The notes beneath the pieces were generated by a model that saw nothing but the letters and a program-made list of their open reading frames with translations, ran no database searches and was not told the origin of the DNA. From NCBI RefSeq assembly GCF_009914755.1, contig NC_060931.1: a DNA stretch of 64,000 nucleotides. One strand, given 5' to 3'. The DNA is from the human T2T-CHM13v2.0 reference genome, Homo sapiens. Positions within the stretch are counted from its first letter, which is position 1. Every line of letters starts with the position of its first letter. The position numbers were made by a program, and so were the translations under genes. Shown here one piece after another: positions 47,401-59,900 of the stretch.

Positions 47401-50400
47401 CTGGGAGGCAAGAGCGGGACCTGCAGAGGCTGTTCTACCGCCAGAGCTGGGCCTGTACAGGCCACCGAGAGGCAGTAGGCGGGCGCGAAGAGCTTGGCTC
47501 GAGAAAGTTCGGGGCCTACAAAGGCGGTTTTGAGCTGGGCAGGAGTTGAGCCCAAAGAGCTTGCTTACTTGCTGGGAGGCAGGGCCGGGAGACGCTGACT
47601 TCAGGACGACTTGGGCCTGCAGAGGTCGCCAGGAGGCCCAAGCTGGGCGCGGAGGAGCCCACCGACCGGAGACCGTTTGGGGCCTGGAGACGCCATCGGA
47701 GGGCAGGAGCTGATCCTGGAGAGGCCACCGTGAGGCCTGACCTGGGCCTGGGGAGCTTGGCTTGAGGAAGCTGTGGGCCGACCAAGGCCGCCAGGAGATG
47801 GGCAGGCGCTGAGTCCAAAGAGGTTGTTGGGAGGCAGCAGTCGGGCCTGGAGACGCAGCCGGGAGGAAGAGCTGGGCCCGGAGAGGACGCCGGGAGGCCG
47901 CATGTGGGTCTGGAGAGGCCGACTTGAGGAGGCCCGGCCTCTGCCTCCCTCAGGGCGGCCTCTGCAGGCCCAGCTGTTCCTCCTGGCTGCATCTCTCGGC
48001 CCAGCTCCTGCCTCCCAGCAGGCAAGCTCTTTTGGCTCAGCTCCCTCCAGCGTTTGTAGACCCCGAAGTTTCTGCAGCCAAGCTCTTCAGGCCCACATCC
48101 TGCCTCCCGGTGGCCTGTACAGTCCCAGCTCTGGCAGCAGAAGAGCGTCAGCAGGCCCCGCTGTTGCCTCCCAGGGGCGTCTCCAGGCCCAGCTCTCGCC
48201 CCACCACGGCCTCCCGCGGCCAAGTCCCTGCCTGCTCCCGGCAGCCTGCGTACGGCCCTGCTCCTCCCTCACGGTGGCCTGTTGAGGCAGGGGCTCACGC
48301 TGACCTCTCTCGGCGTGGGAGGGGCCGGTGTGAGGCAAGGGCTCACGCTGACCTCTCTCGGCGTGGGAGGGGCCGGTGTGAGGCAAGGGGCTCACGCCGA
48401 CCTCTCTCGGCGTGAGAGGGGCCGGTGTGAGGCAAGGGGCTCACGCTGACCTCTCTCTGCGTGGGAGGGGCCGGTGTGAGCCAAGGGGTCAGTGTGGGAG
48501 GGGCCGGTGTGAGGCAAGGGGCTCACGCCGACCTCTCTCAGCGTGGGAGGAGCCAGTGTGAGGCAGGGACTCACGCCTCTGCGCAGGGTGCCAGCGGCAT
48601 GAGTTGGGCATCAACAGGCCACCGTGAGGGAGGAACTGGGCCGCACGCGGGCTGCCGGGAGGCCGCCGTGGGGGCGAGAGCTGGGCCTGGAGAGGCCCCT
48701 GGGAGGCAAGAGCGGGACCTGCAGAGGCTGTTCTACCGCCAGAGCTGGGCCTGTACAGGCCACCGAGAGGCAGTAGGCGGGCGCGAAGAGCTTGGCTCGA
48801 GAAAGTTCGGGGCCTACAAAGGCGGTTTTGAGCTGGGCAGGAGTTGAGCCCAAAGAGCTTGCTTACTTGCTGGGAGGCAGGGCCGGGAGACGCTGACTTC
48901 AGGACGACTTGGGCCTGCAGAGGTCGCCAGGAGGCCCAAGCTGGGCGCGGAGGAGCCCACCGACCGGAGACCGTTTGGGGCCTGGAGACGCCATCGGAGG
49001 GCAGGAGCTGATCCTGGAGAGGCCACCGTGAGGCCTGACCTGGGCCTGGGGAGCTTGGCTTGAGGAAGCTGTGGGCCGACCAAGGCCGCCAGGAGATGGG
49101 CAGGCGCTGAGTCCAAAGAGGTTGTTGGGAGGCAGCAGTCGGGCCTGGAGACGCAGCCGGGAGGAAGAGCTGGGCCCGGAGAGGACGCCGGGAGGCCGCA
49201 TGTGGGTCTGGAGAGGCCGACTTGAGGAGGCCCGGCCTCTGCCTCCCTCAGGGCGGCCTCTGCAGGCCCAGCTGTTCCTCCTGGCTGCATCTCTCGGCCC
49301 AGCTCCTGCCTCCCAGCAGGCAAGCTCTTTTGGCTCAGCTCCCTCCAGCGTTTGTAGACCCCGAAGTTTCTGCAGCCAAGCTCTTCAGGCCCACATCCTG
49401 CCTCCCGGTGGCCTGTACAGTCCCAGCTCTGGCAGCAGAAGAGCGTCAGCAGGCCCCGCTGTTGCCTCCCAGGGGCGTCTCCAGGCCCAGCTCTCGCCCC
49501 ACCACGGCCTCCCGCGGCCAAGTCCCTGCCTGCTCCCGGCAGCCTGCGTACGGCCCTGCTCCTCCCTCACGGTGGCCTGTTGAGGCAGGGGCTCACGCTG
49601 ACCTCTCTCGGCGTGGGAGGGGCCGGTGTGAGGCAAGGGCTCACGCTGACCTCTCTCGGCGTGGGAGGGGCCGGTGTGAGGCAAGGGGCTCACGCCGACC
49701 TCTCTCGGCGTGAGAGGGGCCGGTGTGAGGCAAGGGGCTCACGCTGACCTCTCTCTGCGTGGGAGGGGCCGGTGTGAGCCAAGGGGTCAGTGTGGGAGGG
49801 GCCGGTGTGAGGCAAGGGGCTCACGCCGACCTCTCTCAGCGTGGGAGGAGCCAGTGTGAGGCAGGGACTCACGCCTCTGCGCAGGGTGCCAGCGGCATGA
49901 GTTGGGCATCAACAGGCCACCGTGAGGGAGGAACTGGGCCGCACGCGGGCTGCCGGGAGGCCGCCGTGGGGGCGAGAGCTGGGCCTGGAGAGGCCCCTGG
50001 GAGGCAAGAGCGGGACCTGCAGAGGCTGTTCTACCGCCAGAGCTGGGCCTGTACAGGCCACCGAGAGGCAGTAGGCGGGCGCGAAGAGCTTGGCTCGAGA
50101 AAGTTCGGGGCCTACAAAGGCGGTTTTGAGCTGGGCAGGAGTTGAGCCCAAAGAGCTTGCTTACTTGCTGGGAGGCAGGGCCGGGAGACGCTGACTTCAG
50201 GACGACTTGGGCCTGCAGAGGTCGCCAGGAGGCCCAAGCTGGGCGCGGAGGAGCCCACCGACCGGAGACCGTTTGGGGCCTGGAGACGCCATCGGAGGGC
50301 AGGAGCTGATCCTGGAGAGGCCACCGTGAGGCCTGACCTGGGCCTGGGGAGCTTGGCTTGAGGAAGCTGTGGGCCGACCAAGGCCGCCAGGAGATGGGCA

Positions 50401-53400
50401 GGCGCTGAGTCCAAAGAGGTTGTTGGGAGGCAGCAGTCGGGCCTGGAGACGCAGCCGGGAGGAAGAGCTGGGCCCGGAGAGGACGCCGGGAGGCCGCATG
50501 TGGGTCTGGAGAGGCCGACTTGAGGAGGCCCGGCCTCTGCCTCCCTCAGGGCGGCCTCTGCAGGCCCAGCTGTTCCTCCTGGCTGCATCTCTCGGCCCAG
50601 CTCCTGCCTCCCAGCAGGCAAGCTCTTTTGGCTCAGCTCCCTCCAGCGTTTGTAGACCCCGAAGTTTCTGCAGCCAAGCTCTTCAGGCCCACATCCTGCC
50701 TCCCGGTGGCCTGTACAGTCCCAGCTCTGGCAGCAGAAGAGCGTCAGCAGGCCCCGCTGTTGCCTCCCAGGGGCGTCTCCAGGCCCAGCTCTCGCCCCAC
50801 CACGGCCTCCCGCGGCCAAGTCCCTGCCTGCTCCCGGCAGCCTGCGTACGGCCCTGCTCCTCCCTCACGGTGGCCTGTTGAGGCAGGGGCTCACGCTGAC
50901 CTCTCTCGGCGTGGGAGGGGCCGGTGTGAGGCAAGGGCTCACGCTGACCTCTCTCGGCGTGGGAGGGGCCGGTGTGAGGCAAGGGGCTCACGCCGACCTC
51001 TCTCGGCGTGAGAGGGGCCGGTGTGAGGCAAGGGGCTCACGCTGACCTCTCTCTGCGTGGGAGGGGCCGGTGTGAGCCAAGGGGTCAGTGTGGGAGGGGC
51101 CGGTGTGAGGCAAGGGGCTCACGCCGACCTCTCTCAGCGTGGGAGGAGCCAGTGTGAGGCAGGGACTCACGCCTCTGCGCAGGGTGCCAGCGGCATGAGT
51201 TGGGCATCAACAGGCCACCGTGAGGGAGGAACTGGGCCGCACGCGGGCTGCCGGGAGGCCGCCGTGGGGGCGAGAGCTGGGCCTGGAGAGGCCCCTGGGA
51301 GGCAAGAGCGGGACCTGCAGAGGCTGTTCTACCGCCAGAGCTGGGCCTGTACAGGCCACCGAGAGGCAGTAGGCGGGCGCGAAGAGCTTGGCTCGAGAAA
51401 GTTCGGGGCCTACAAAGGCGGTTTTGAGCTGGGCAGGAGTTGAGCCCAAAGAGCTTGCTTACTTGCTGGGAGGCAGGGCCGGGAGACGCTGACTTCAGGA
51501 CGACTTGGGCCTGCAGAGGTCGCCAGGAGGCCCAAGCTGGGCGCGGAGGAGCCCACCGACCGGAGACCGTTTGGGGCCTGGAGACGCCATCGGAGGGCAG
51601 GAGCTGATCCTGGAGAGGCCACCGTGAGGCCTGACCTGGGCCTGGGGAGCTTGGCTTGAGGAAGCTGTGGGCCGACCAAGGCCGCCAGGAGATGGGCAGG
51701 CGCTGAGTCCAAAGAGGTTGTTGGGAGGCAGCAGTCGGGCCTGGAGACGCAGCCGGGAGGAAGAGCTGGGCCCGGAGAGGACGCCGGGAGGCCGCATGTG
51801 GGTCTGGAGAGGCCGACTTGAGGAGGCCCGGCCTCTGCCTCCCTCAGGGCGGCCTCTGCAGGCCCAGCTGTTCCTCCTGGCTGCATCTCTCGGCCCAGCT
51901 CCTGCCTCCCAGCAGGCAAGCTCTTTTGGCTCAGCTCCCTCCAGCGTTTGTAGACCCCGAAGTTTCTGCAGCCAAGCTCTTCAGGCCCACATCCTGCCTC
52001 CCGGTGGCCTGTACAGTCCCAGCTCTGGCAGCAGAAGAGCGTCAGCAGGCCCCGCTGTTGCCTCCCAGGGGCGTCTCCAGGCCCAGCTCTCGCCCCACCA
52101 CGGCCTCCCGCGGCCAAGTCCCTGCCTGCTCCCGGCAGCCTGCGTACGGCCCTGCTCCTCCCTCACGGTGGCCTGTTGAGGCAGGGGCTCACGCTGACCT
52201 CTCTCGGCGTGGGAGGGGCCGGTGTGAGGCAAGGGCTCACGCTGACCTCTCTCGGCGTGGGAGGGGCCGGTGTGAGGCAAGGGGCTCACGCCGACCTCTC
52301 TCGGCGTGAGAGGGGCCGGTGTGAGGCAAGGGGCTCACGCTGACCTCTCTCTGCGTGGGAGGGGCCGGTGTGAGCCAAGGGGTCAGTGTGGGAGGGGCCG
52401 GTGTGAGGCAAGGGGCTCACGCCGACCTCTCTCAGCGTGGGAGGAGCCAGTGTGAGGCAGGGACTCACGCCTCTGCGCAGGGTGCCAGCGGCATGAGTTG
52501 GGCATCAACAGGCCACCGTGAGGGAGGAACTGGGCCGCACGCGGGCTGCCGGGAGGCCGCCGTGGGGGCGAGAGCTGGGCCTGGAGAGGCCCCTGGGAGG
52601 CAAGAGCGGGACCTGCAGAGGCTGTTCTACCGCCAGAGCTGGGCCTGTACAGGCCACCGAGAGGCAGTAGGCGGGCGCGAAGAGCTTGGCTCGAGAAAGT
52701 TCGGGGCCTACAAAGGCGGTTTTGAGCTGGGCAGGAGTTGAGCCCAAAGAGCTTGCTTACTTGCTGGGAGGCAGGGCCGGGAGACGCTGACTTCAGGACG
52801 ACTTGGGCCTGCAGAGGTCGCCAGGAGGCCCAAGCTGGGCGCGGAGGAGCCCACCGACCGGAGACCGTTTGGGGCCTGGAGACGCCATCGGAGGGCAGGA
52901 GCTGATCCTGGAGAGGCCACCGTGAGGCCTGACCTGGGCCTGGGGAGCTTGGCTTGAGGAAGCTGTGGGCCGACCAAGGCCGCCAGGAGATGGGCAGGCG
53001 CTGAGTCCAAAGAGGTTGTTGGGAGGCAGCAGTCGGGCCTGGAGACGCAGCCGGGAGGAAGAGCTGGGCCCGGAGAGGACGCCGGGAGGCCGCATGTGGG
53101 TCTGGAGAGGCCGACTTGAGGAGGCCCGGCCTCTGCCTCCCTCAGGGCGGCCTCTGCAGGCCCAGCTGTTCCTCCTGGCTGCATCTCTCGGCCCAGCTCC
53201 TGCCTCCCAGCAGGCAAGCTCTTTTGGCTCAGCTCCCTCCAGCGTTTGTAGACCCCGAAGTTTCTGCAGCCAAGCTCTTCAGGCCCACATCCTGCCTCCC
53301 GGTGGCCTGTACAGTCCCAGCTCTGGCAGCAGAAGAGCGTCAGCAGGCCCCGCTGTTGCCTCCCAGGGGCGTCTCCAGGCCCAGCTCTCGCCCCACCACG

Positions 53401-55720
53401 GCCTCCCGCGGCCAAGTCCCTGCCTGCTCCCGGCAGCCTGCGTACGGCCCTGCTCCTCCCTCACGGTGGCCTGTTGAGGCAGGGGCTCACGCTGACCTCT
53501 CTCGGCGTGGGAGGGGCCGGTGTGAGGCAAGGGCTCACGCTGACCTCTCTCGGCGTGGGAGGGGCCGGTGTGAGGCAAGGGGCTCACGCCGACCTCTCTC
53601 GGCGTGAGAGGGGCCGGTGTGAGGCAAGGGGCTCACGCTGACCTCTCTCTGCGTGGGAGGGGCCGGTGTGAGCCAAGGGGTCAGTGTGGGAGGGGCCGGT
53701 GTGAGGCAAGGGGCTCACGCCGACCTCTCTCAGCGTGGGAGGAGCCAGTGTGAGGCAGGGACTCACGCCTCTGCGCAGGGTGCCAGCGGCATGAGTTGGG
53801 CATCAACAGGCCACCGTGAGGGAGGAACTGGGCCGCACGCGGGCTGCCGGGAGGCCGCCGTGGGGGCGAGAGCTGGGCCTGGAGAGGCCCCTGGGAGGCA
53901 AGAGCGGGACCTGCAGAGGCTGTTCTACCGCCAGAGCTGGGCCTGTACAGGCCACCGAGAGGCAGTAGGCGGGCGCGAAGAGCTTGGCTCGAGAAAGTTC
54001 GGGGCCTACAAAGGCGGTTTTGAGCTGGGCAGGAGTTGAGCCCAAAGAGCTTGCTTACTTGCTGGGAGGCAGGGCCGGGAGACGCTGACTTCAGGACGAC
54101 TTGGGCCTGCAGAGGTCGCCAGGAGGCCCAAGCTGGGCGCGGAGGAGCCCACCGACCGGAGACCGTTTGGGGCCTGGAGACGCCATCGGAGGGCAGGAGC
54201 TGATCCTGGAGAGGCCACCGTGAGGCCTGACCTGGGCCTGGGGAGCTTGGCTTGAGGAAGCTGTGGGCCGACCAAGGCCGCCAGGAGATGGGCAGGCGCT
54301 GAGTCCAAAGAGGTTGTTGGGAGGCAGCAGTCGGGCCTGGAGACGCAGCCGGGAGGAAGAGCTGGGCCCGGAGAGGACGCCGGGAGGCCGCATGTGGGTC
54401 TGGAGAGGCCGACTTGAGGAGGCCCGGCCTCTGCCTCCCTCAGGGCGGCCTCTGCAGGCCCAGCTGTTCCTCCTGGCTGCATCTCTCGGCCCAGCTCCTG
54501 CCTCCCAGCAGGCAAGCTCTTTTGGCTCAGCTCCCTCCAGCGTTTGTAGACCCCGAAGTTTCTGCAGCCAAGCTCTTCAGGCCCACATCCTGCCTCCCGG
54601 TGGCCTGTACAGTCCCAGCTCTGGCAGCAGAAGAGCGTCAGCAGGCCCCGCTGTTGCCTCCCAGGGGCGTCTCCAGGCCCAGCTCTCGCCCCACCACGGC
54701 CTCCCGCGGCCAAGTCCCTGCCTGCTCCCGGCAGCCTGCGTACGGCCCTGCTCCTCCCTCACGGTGGCCTGTTGAGGCAGGGGCTCACGCTGACCTCTCT
54801 CGGCGTGGGAGGGGCCGGTGTGAGGCAAGGGCTCACGCTGACCTCTCTCGGCGTGGGAGGGGCCGGTGTGAGGCAAGGGGCTCACGCCGACCTCTCTCGG
54901 CGTGAGAGGGGCCGGTGTGAGGCAAGGGGCTCACGCTGACCTCTCTCTGCGTGGGAGGGGCCGGTGTGAGCCAAGGGGTCAGTGTGGGAGGGGCCGGTGT
55001 GAGGCAAGGGGCTCACGCCGACCTCTCTCAGCGTGGGAGGAGCCAGTGTGAGGCAGGGACTCACGCCTCTGCGCAGGGTGCCAGCGGCATGAGTTGGGCA
55101 TCAACAGGCCACCGTGAGGGAGGAACTGGGCCGCACGCGGGCTGCCGGGAGGCCGCCGTGGGGGCGAGAGCTGGGCCTGGAGAGGCCCCTGGGAGGCAAG
55201 AGCGGGACCTGCAGAGGCTGTTCTACCGCCAGAGCTGGGCCTGTACAGGCCACCGAGAGGCAGTAGGCGGGCGCGAAGAGCTTGGCTCGAGAAAGTTCGG
55301 GGCCTACAAAGGCGGTTTTGAGCTGGGCAGGAGTTGAGCCCAAAGAGCTTGCTTACTTGCTGGGAGGCAGGGCCGGGAGACGCTGACTTCAGGACGACTT
55401 GGGCCTGCAGAGGTCGCCAGGAGGCCCAAGCTGGGCGCGGAGGAGCCCACCGACCGGAGACCGTTTGGGGCCTGGAGACGCCATCGGAGGGCAGGAGCTG
55501 ATCCTGGAGAGGCCACCGTGAGGCCTGACCTGGGCCTGGGGAGCTTGGCTTGAGGAAGCTGTGGGCCGACCAAGGCCGCCAGGAGATGGGCAGGCGCTGA
55601 GTCCAAAGAGGTTGTTGGGAGGCAGCAGTCGGGCCTGGAGACGCAGCCGGGAGGAAGAGCTGGGCCCGGAGAGGACGCCGGGAGGCCGCATGTGGGTCTG
55701 GAGAGGCCGACTTGAGGAGG

Positions 55721-56969
55721 CCCGGCCTCTGCCTCCCTCAGGGCGGCCTCTGCAGGCCCAGCTGTTCCTCCTGGCTGCATCTCTCGGCCCAGCTCCTGCC
55801 TCCCAGCAGGCAAGCTCTTTTGGCTCAGCTCCCTCCAGCGTTTGTAGACCCCGAAGTTTCTGCAGCCAAGCTCTTCAGGCCCACATCCTGCCTCCCGGTG
55901 GCCTGTACAGTCCCAGCTCTGGCAGCAGAAGAGCGTCAGCAGGCCCCGCTGTTGCCTCCCAGGGGCGTCTCCAGGCCCAGCTCTCGCCCCACCACGGCCT
56001 CCCGCGGCCAAGTCCCTGCCTGCTCCCGGCAGCCTGCGTACGGCCCTGCTCCTCCCTCACGGTGGCCTGTTGAGGCAGGGGCTCACGCTGACCTCTCTCG
56101 GCGTGGGAGGGGCCGGTGTGAGGCAAGGGCTCACGCTGACCTCTCTCGGCGTGAGAGGGGCCGGTGTGAGGCAAGGGGCTCACGCTGACCTCTCTCTGCG
56201 TGGGAGGGGCCGGTGTGAGCCAAGGGGTCAGTGTGGGAGGGGCCGGTGTGAGGCAAGGGGCTCACGCCGACCTCTCTCAGCGTGGGAGGAGCCAGTGTGA
56301 GGCAGGGACTCACGCCTCTGCGCAGGGTGCCAGCGGCATGAGTTGGGCATCAACAGGCCACCGTGAGGGAGGAACTGGGCCGCACGCGGGCTGCCGGGAG
56401 GCCGCCGTGGGGGCGAGAGCTGGGCCTGGAGAGGCCCCTGGGAGGCAAGAGCGGGACCTGCAGAGGCTGTTCTACCGCCAGAGCTGGGCCTGTACAGGCC
56501 ACCGAGAGGCAGTAGGCGGGCGCGAAGAGCTTGGCTCGAGAAAGTTCGGGGCCTACAAAGGCGGTTTTGAGCTGGGCAGGAGTTGAGCCCAAAGAGCTTG
56601 CTTACTTGCTGGGAGGCAGGGCCGGGAGACGCTGACTTCAGGACGACTTGGGCCTGCAGAGGTCGCCAGGAGGCCCAAGCTGGGCGCGGAGGAGCCCACC
56701 GACCGGAGACCGTTTGGGGCCTGGAGACGCCATCGGAGGGCAGGAGCTGATCCTGGAGAGGCCACCGTGAGGCCTGACCTGGGCCTGGGGAGCTTGGCTT
56801 GAGGAAGCTGTGGGCCGACCAAGGCCGCCAGGAGATGGGCAGGCGCTGAGTCCAAAGAGGTTGTTGGGAGGCAGCAGTCGGGCCTGGAGACGCAGCCGGG
56901 AGGAAGAGCTGGGCCCGGAGAGGACGCCGGGAGGCCGCATGTGGGTCTGGAGAGGCCGACTTGAGGAGG
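55721..56969. repeat. Short unit 44 (1249 bp), lacking one 49-bp monomer
   Basis: Anchor spacing 55712 to 56961 is 1249; one monomer fewer in 56071-56319. Confidence 0.95.
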
Positions 56970-59900
56970 CCCGGCCTCTGCCTCCCTCAGGGCGGCCTCT
57001 GCAGGCCCAGCTGTTCCTCCTGGCTGCATCTCTCGGCCCAGCTCCTGCCTCCCAGCAGGCAAGCTCTTTTGGCTCAGCTCCCTCCAGCGTTTGTAGACCC
57101 CGAAGTTTCTGCAGCCAAGCTCTTCAGGCCCACATCCTGCCTCCCGGTGGCCTGTACAGTCCCAGCTCTGGCAGCAGAAGAGCGTCAGCAGGCCCCGCTG
57201 TTGCCTCCCAGGGGCGTCTCCAGGCCCAGCTCTCGCCCCACCACGGCCTCCCGCGGCCAAGTCCCTGCCTGCTCCCGGCAGCCTGCGTACGGCCCTGCTC
57301 CTCCCTCACGGTGGCCTGTTGAGGCAGGGGCTCACGCTGACCTCTCTCGGCGTGGGAGGGGCCGGTGTGAGGCAAGGGCTCACGCTGACCTCTCTCGGCG
57401 TGGGAGGGGCCGGTGTGAGGCAAGGGGGCTCACGCTGACCTCTCTCGGCGTGAGAGGGGCCGGTGTGAGGCAAGGGGCTCACGCTGACCTCTCTCTGCGT
57501 GGGAGGGGCCGGTGTGAGCCAAGGGGTCAGTGTGGGAGGGGCCGGTGTGAGGCAAGGGGCTCACGCCGACCTCTCTCAGCGTGGGAGGAGCCAGTGTGAG
57601 GCAGGGACTCACGCCTCTGCGCAGGGTGCCAGCGGCATGAGTTGGGCATCAACAGGCCACCGTGAGGGAGGAACTGGGCCGCACGCGGGCTGCCGGGAGG
57701 CCGCCGTGGGGGCGAGAGCTGGGCCTGGAGAGGCCCCTGGGAGGCAAGAGCGGGACCTGCAGAGGCTGTTCTACCGCCAGAGCTGGGCCTGTACAGGCCA
57801 CCGAGAGGCAGTAGGCGGGCGCGAAGAGCTTGGCTCGAGAAAGTTCGGGGCCTACAAAGGCGGTTTTGAGCTGGGCAGGAGTTGAGCCCAAAGAGCTTGC
57901 TTACTTGCTGGGAGGCAGCGCCGGGAGACGCTGACTTCAGGACGACTTGGGCCTGCAGAGGTCGCCAGGAGGCCCAAGCTGGGCGCGGAGGAGCCCACCG
58001 ACCGGAGACCGTTTGGGGCCTGGAGACGCCATCGGAGGGCAGGAGCTGATCCTGGAGAGGCCACCGTGAGGCCTGACCTGGGCCTGGGGAGCTTGGCTTG
58101 AGGAAGCTGTGGGCCGACCAAGGCCGCCAGGAGATGGGCAGGCGCTGAGTCCAAAGAGGTTGTTGGGAGGCAGCAGTCGGGCCTGGAGACGCAGCCGGGA
58201 GGAAGAGCTGGGCCCGGAGAGGACGCCGGGAGGCCGCATGTGGGTCTGGAGAGGCCGACTTGAGGAGGCCCGGCCTCTGCCTCCCTCAGGGCGGCCTCTG
58301 CAGGCCCAGCTGTTCCTCCTGGCTGCATCTCTCGGCCCAGCTCCTGCCTCCCAGCAGGCAAGCTCTTTTGGCTCAGCTCCCTCCAGCGTTTGTAGACCCC
58401 GAAGTTTCTGCAGCCAAGCTCTTCAGGCCCACATCCTGCCTCCCGGTGGCCTGTACAGTCCCAGCTCTGGCAGCAGAAGAGCGTCAGCAGGCCCCGCTGT
58501 TGCCTCCCAGGGGCGTCTCCAGGCCCAGCTCTCGCCCCACCACGGCCTCCCGCGGCCAAGTCCCTGCCTGCTCCCGGCAGCCTGCGTACGGCCCTGCTCC
58601 TCCCTCACGGTGGCCTGTTGAGGCAGGGGCTCACGCTGACCTCTCTCGGCGTGGGAGGGGCCGGTGTGAGGCAAGGGCTCACGCTGACCTCTCTCGGCGT
58701 GGGAGGGGCCGGTGTGAGGCAAGGGGGCTCACGCTGACCTCTCTCGGCGTGAGAGGGGCCGGTGTGAGGCAAGGGGCTCACGCTGACCTCTCTCTGCGTG
58801 GGAGGGGCCGGTGTGAGCCAAGGGGTCAGTGTGGGAGGGGCCGGTGTGAGGCAAGGGGCTCACGCCGACCTCTCTCAGCGTGGGAGGAGCCAGTGTGAGG
58901 CAGGGACTCACGCCTCTGCGCAGGGTGCCAGCGGCATGAGTTGGGCATCAACAGGCCACCGTGAGGGAGGAACTGGGCCGCACGCGGGCTGCCGGGAGGC
59001 CGCCGTGGGGGCGAGAGCTGGGCCTGGAGAGGCCCCTGGGAGGCAAGAGCGGGACCTGCAGAGGCTGTTCTACCGCCAGAGCTGGGCCTGTACAGGCCAC
59101 CGAGAGGCAGTAGGCGGGCGCGAAGAGCTTGGCTCGAGAAAGTTCGGGGCCTACAAAGGCGGTTTTGAGCTGGGCAGGAGTTGAGCCCAAAGAGCTTGCT
59201 TACTTGCTGGGAGGCAGGGCCGGGAGACGCTGACTTCAGGACGACTTGGGCCTGCAGAGGTCGCCAGGAGGCCCAAGCTGGGCGCGGAGGAGCCCACCGA
59301 CCGGAGACCGTTTGGGGCCTGGAGACGCCATCGGAGGGCAGGAGCTGATCCTGGAGAGGCCACCGTGAGGCCTGACCTGGGCCTGGGGAGCTTGGCTTGA
59401 GGAAGCTGTGGGCCGACCAAGGCCGCCAGGAGATGGGCAGGCGCTGAGTCCAAAGAGGTTGTTGGGAGGCAGCAGTCGGGCCTGGAGACGCAGCCGGGAG
59501 GAAGAGCTGGGCCCGGAGAGGACGCCGGGAGGCCGCATGTGGGTCTGGAGAGGCCGACTTGAGGAGGCCCGGCCTCTGCCTCCCTCAGGGCGGCCTCTGC
59601 AGGCCCAGCTGTTCCTCCTGGCTGCATCTCTCGGCCCAGCTCCTGCCTCCCAGCAGGCAAGCTCTTTTGGCTCAGCTCCCTCCAGCGTTTGTAGACCCCG
59701 AAGTTTCTGCAGCCAAGCTCTTCAGGCCCACATCCTGCCTCCCGGTGGCCTGTACAGTCCCAGCTCTGGCAGCAGAAGAGCGTCAGCAGGCCCCGCTGTT
59801 GCCTCCCAGGGGCGTCTCCAGGCCCAGCTCTCGCCCCACCACGGCCTCCCGCGGCCAAGTCCCTGCCTGCTCCCGGCAGCCTGCGTACGGCCCTGCTCCT

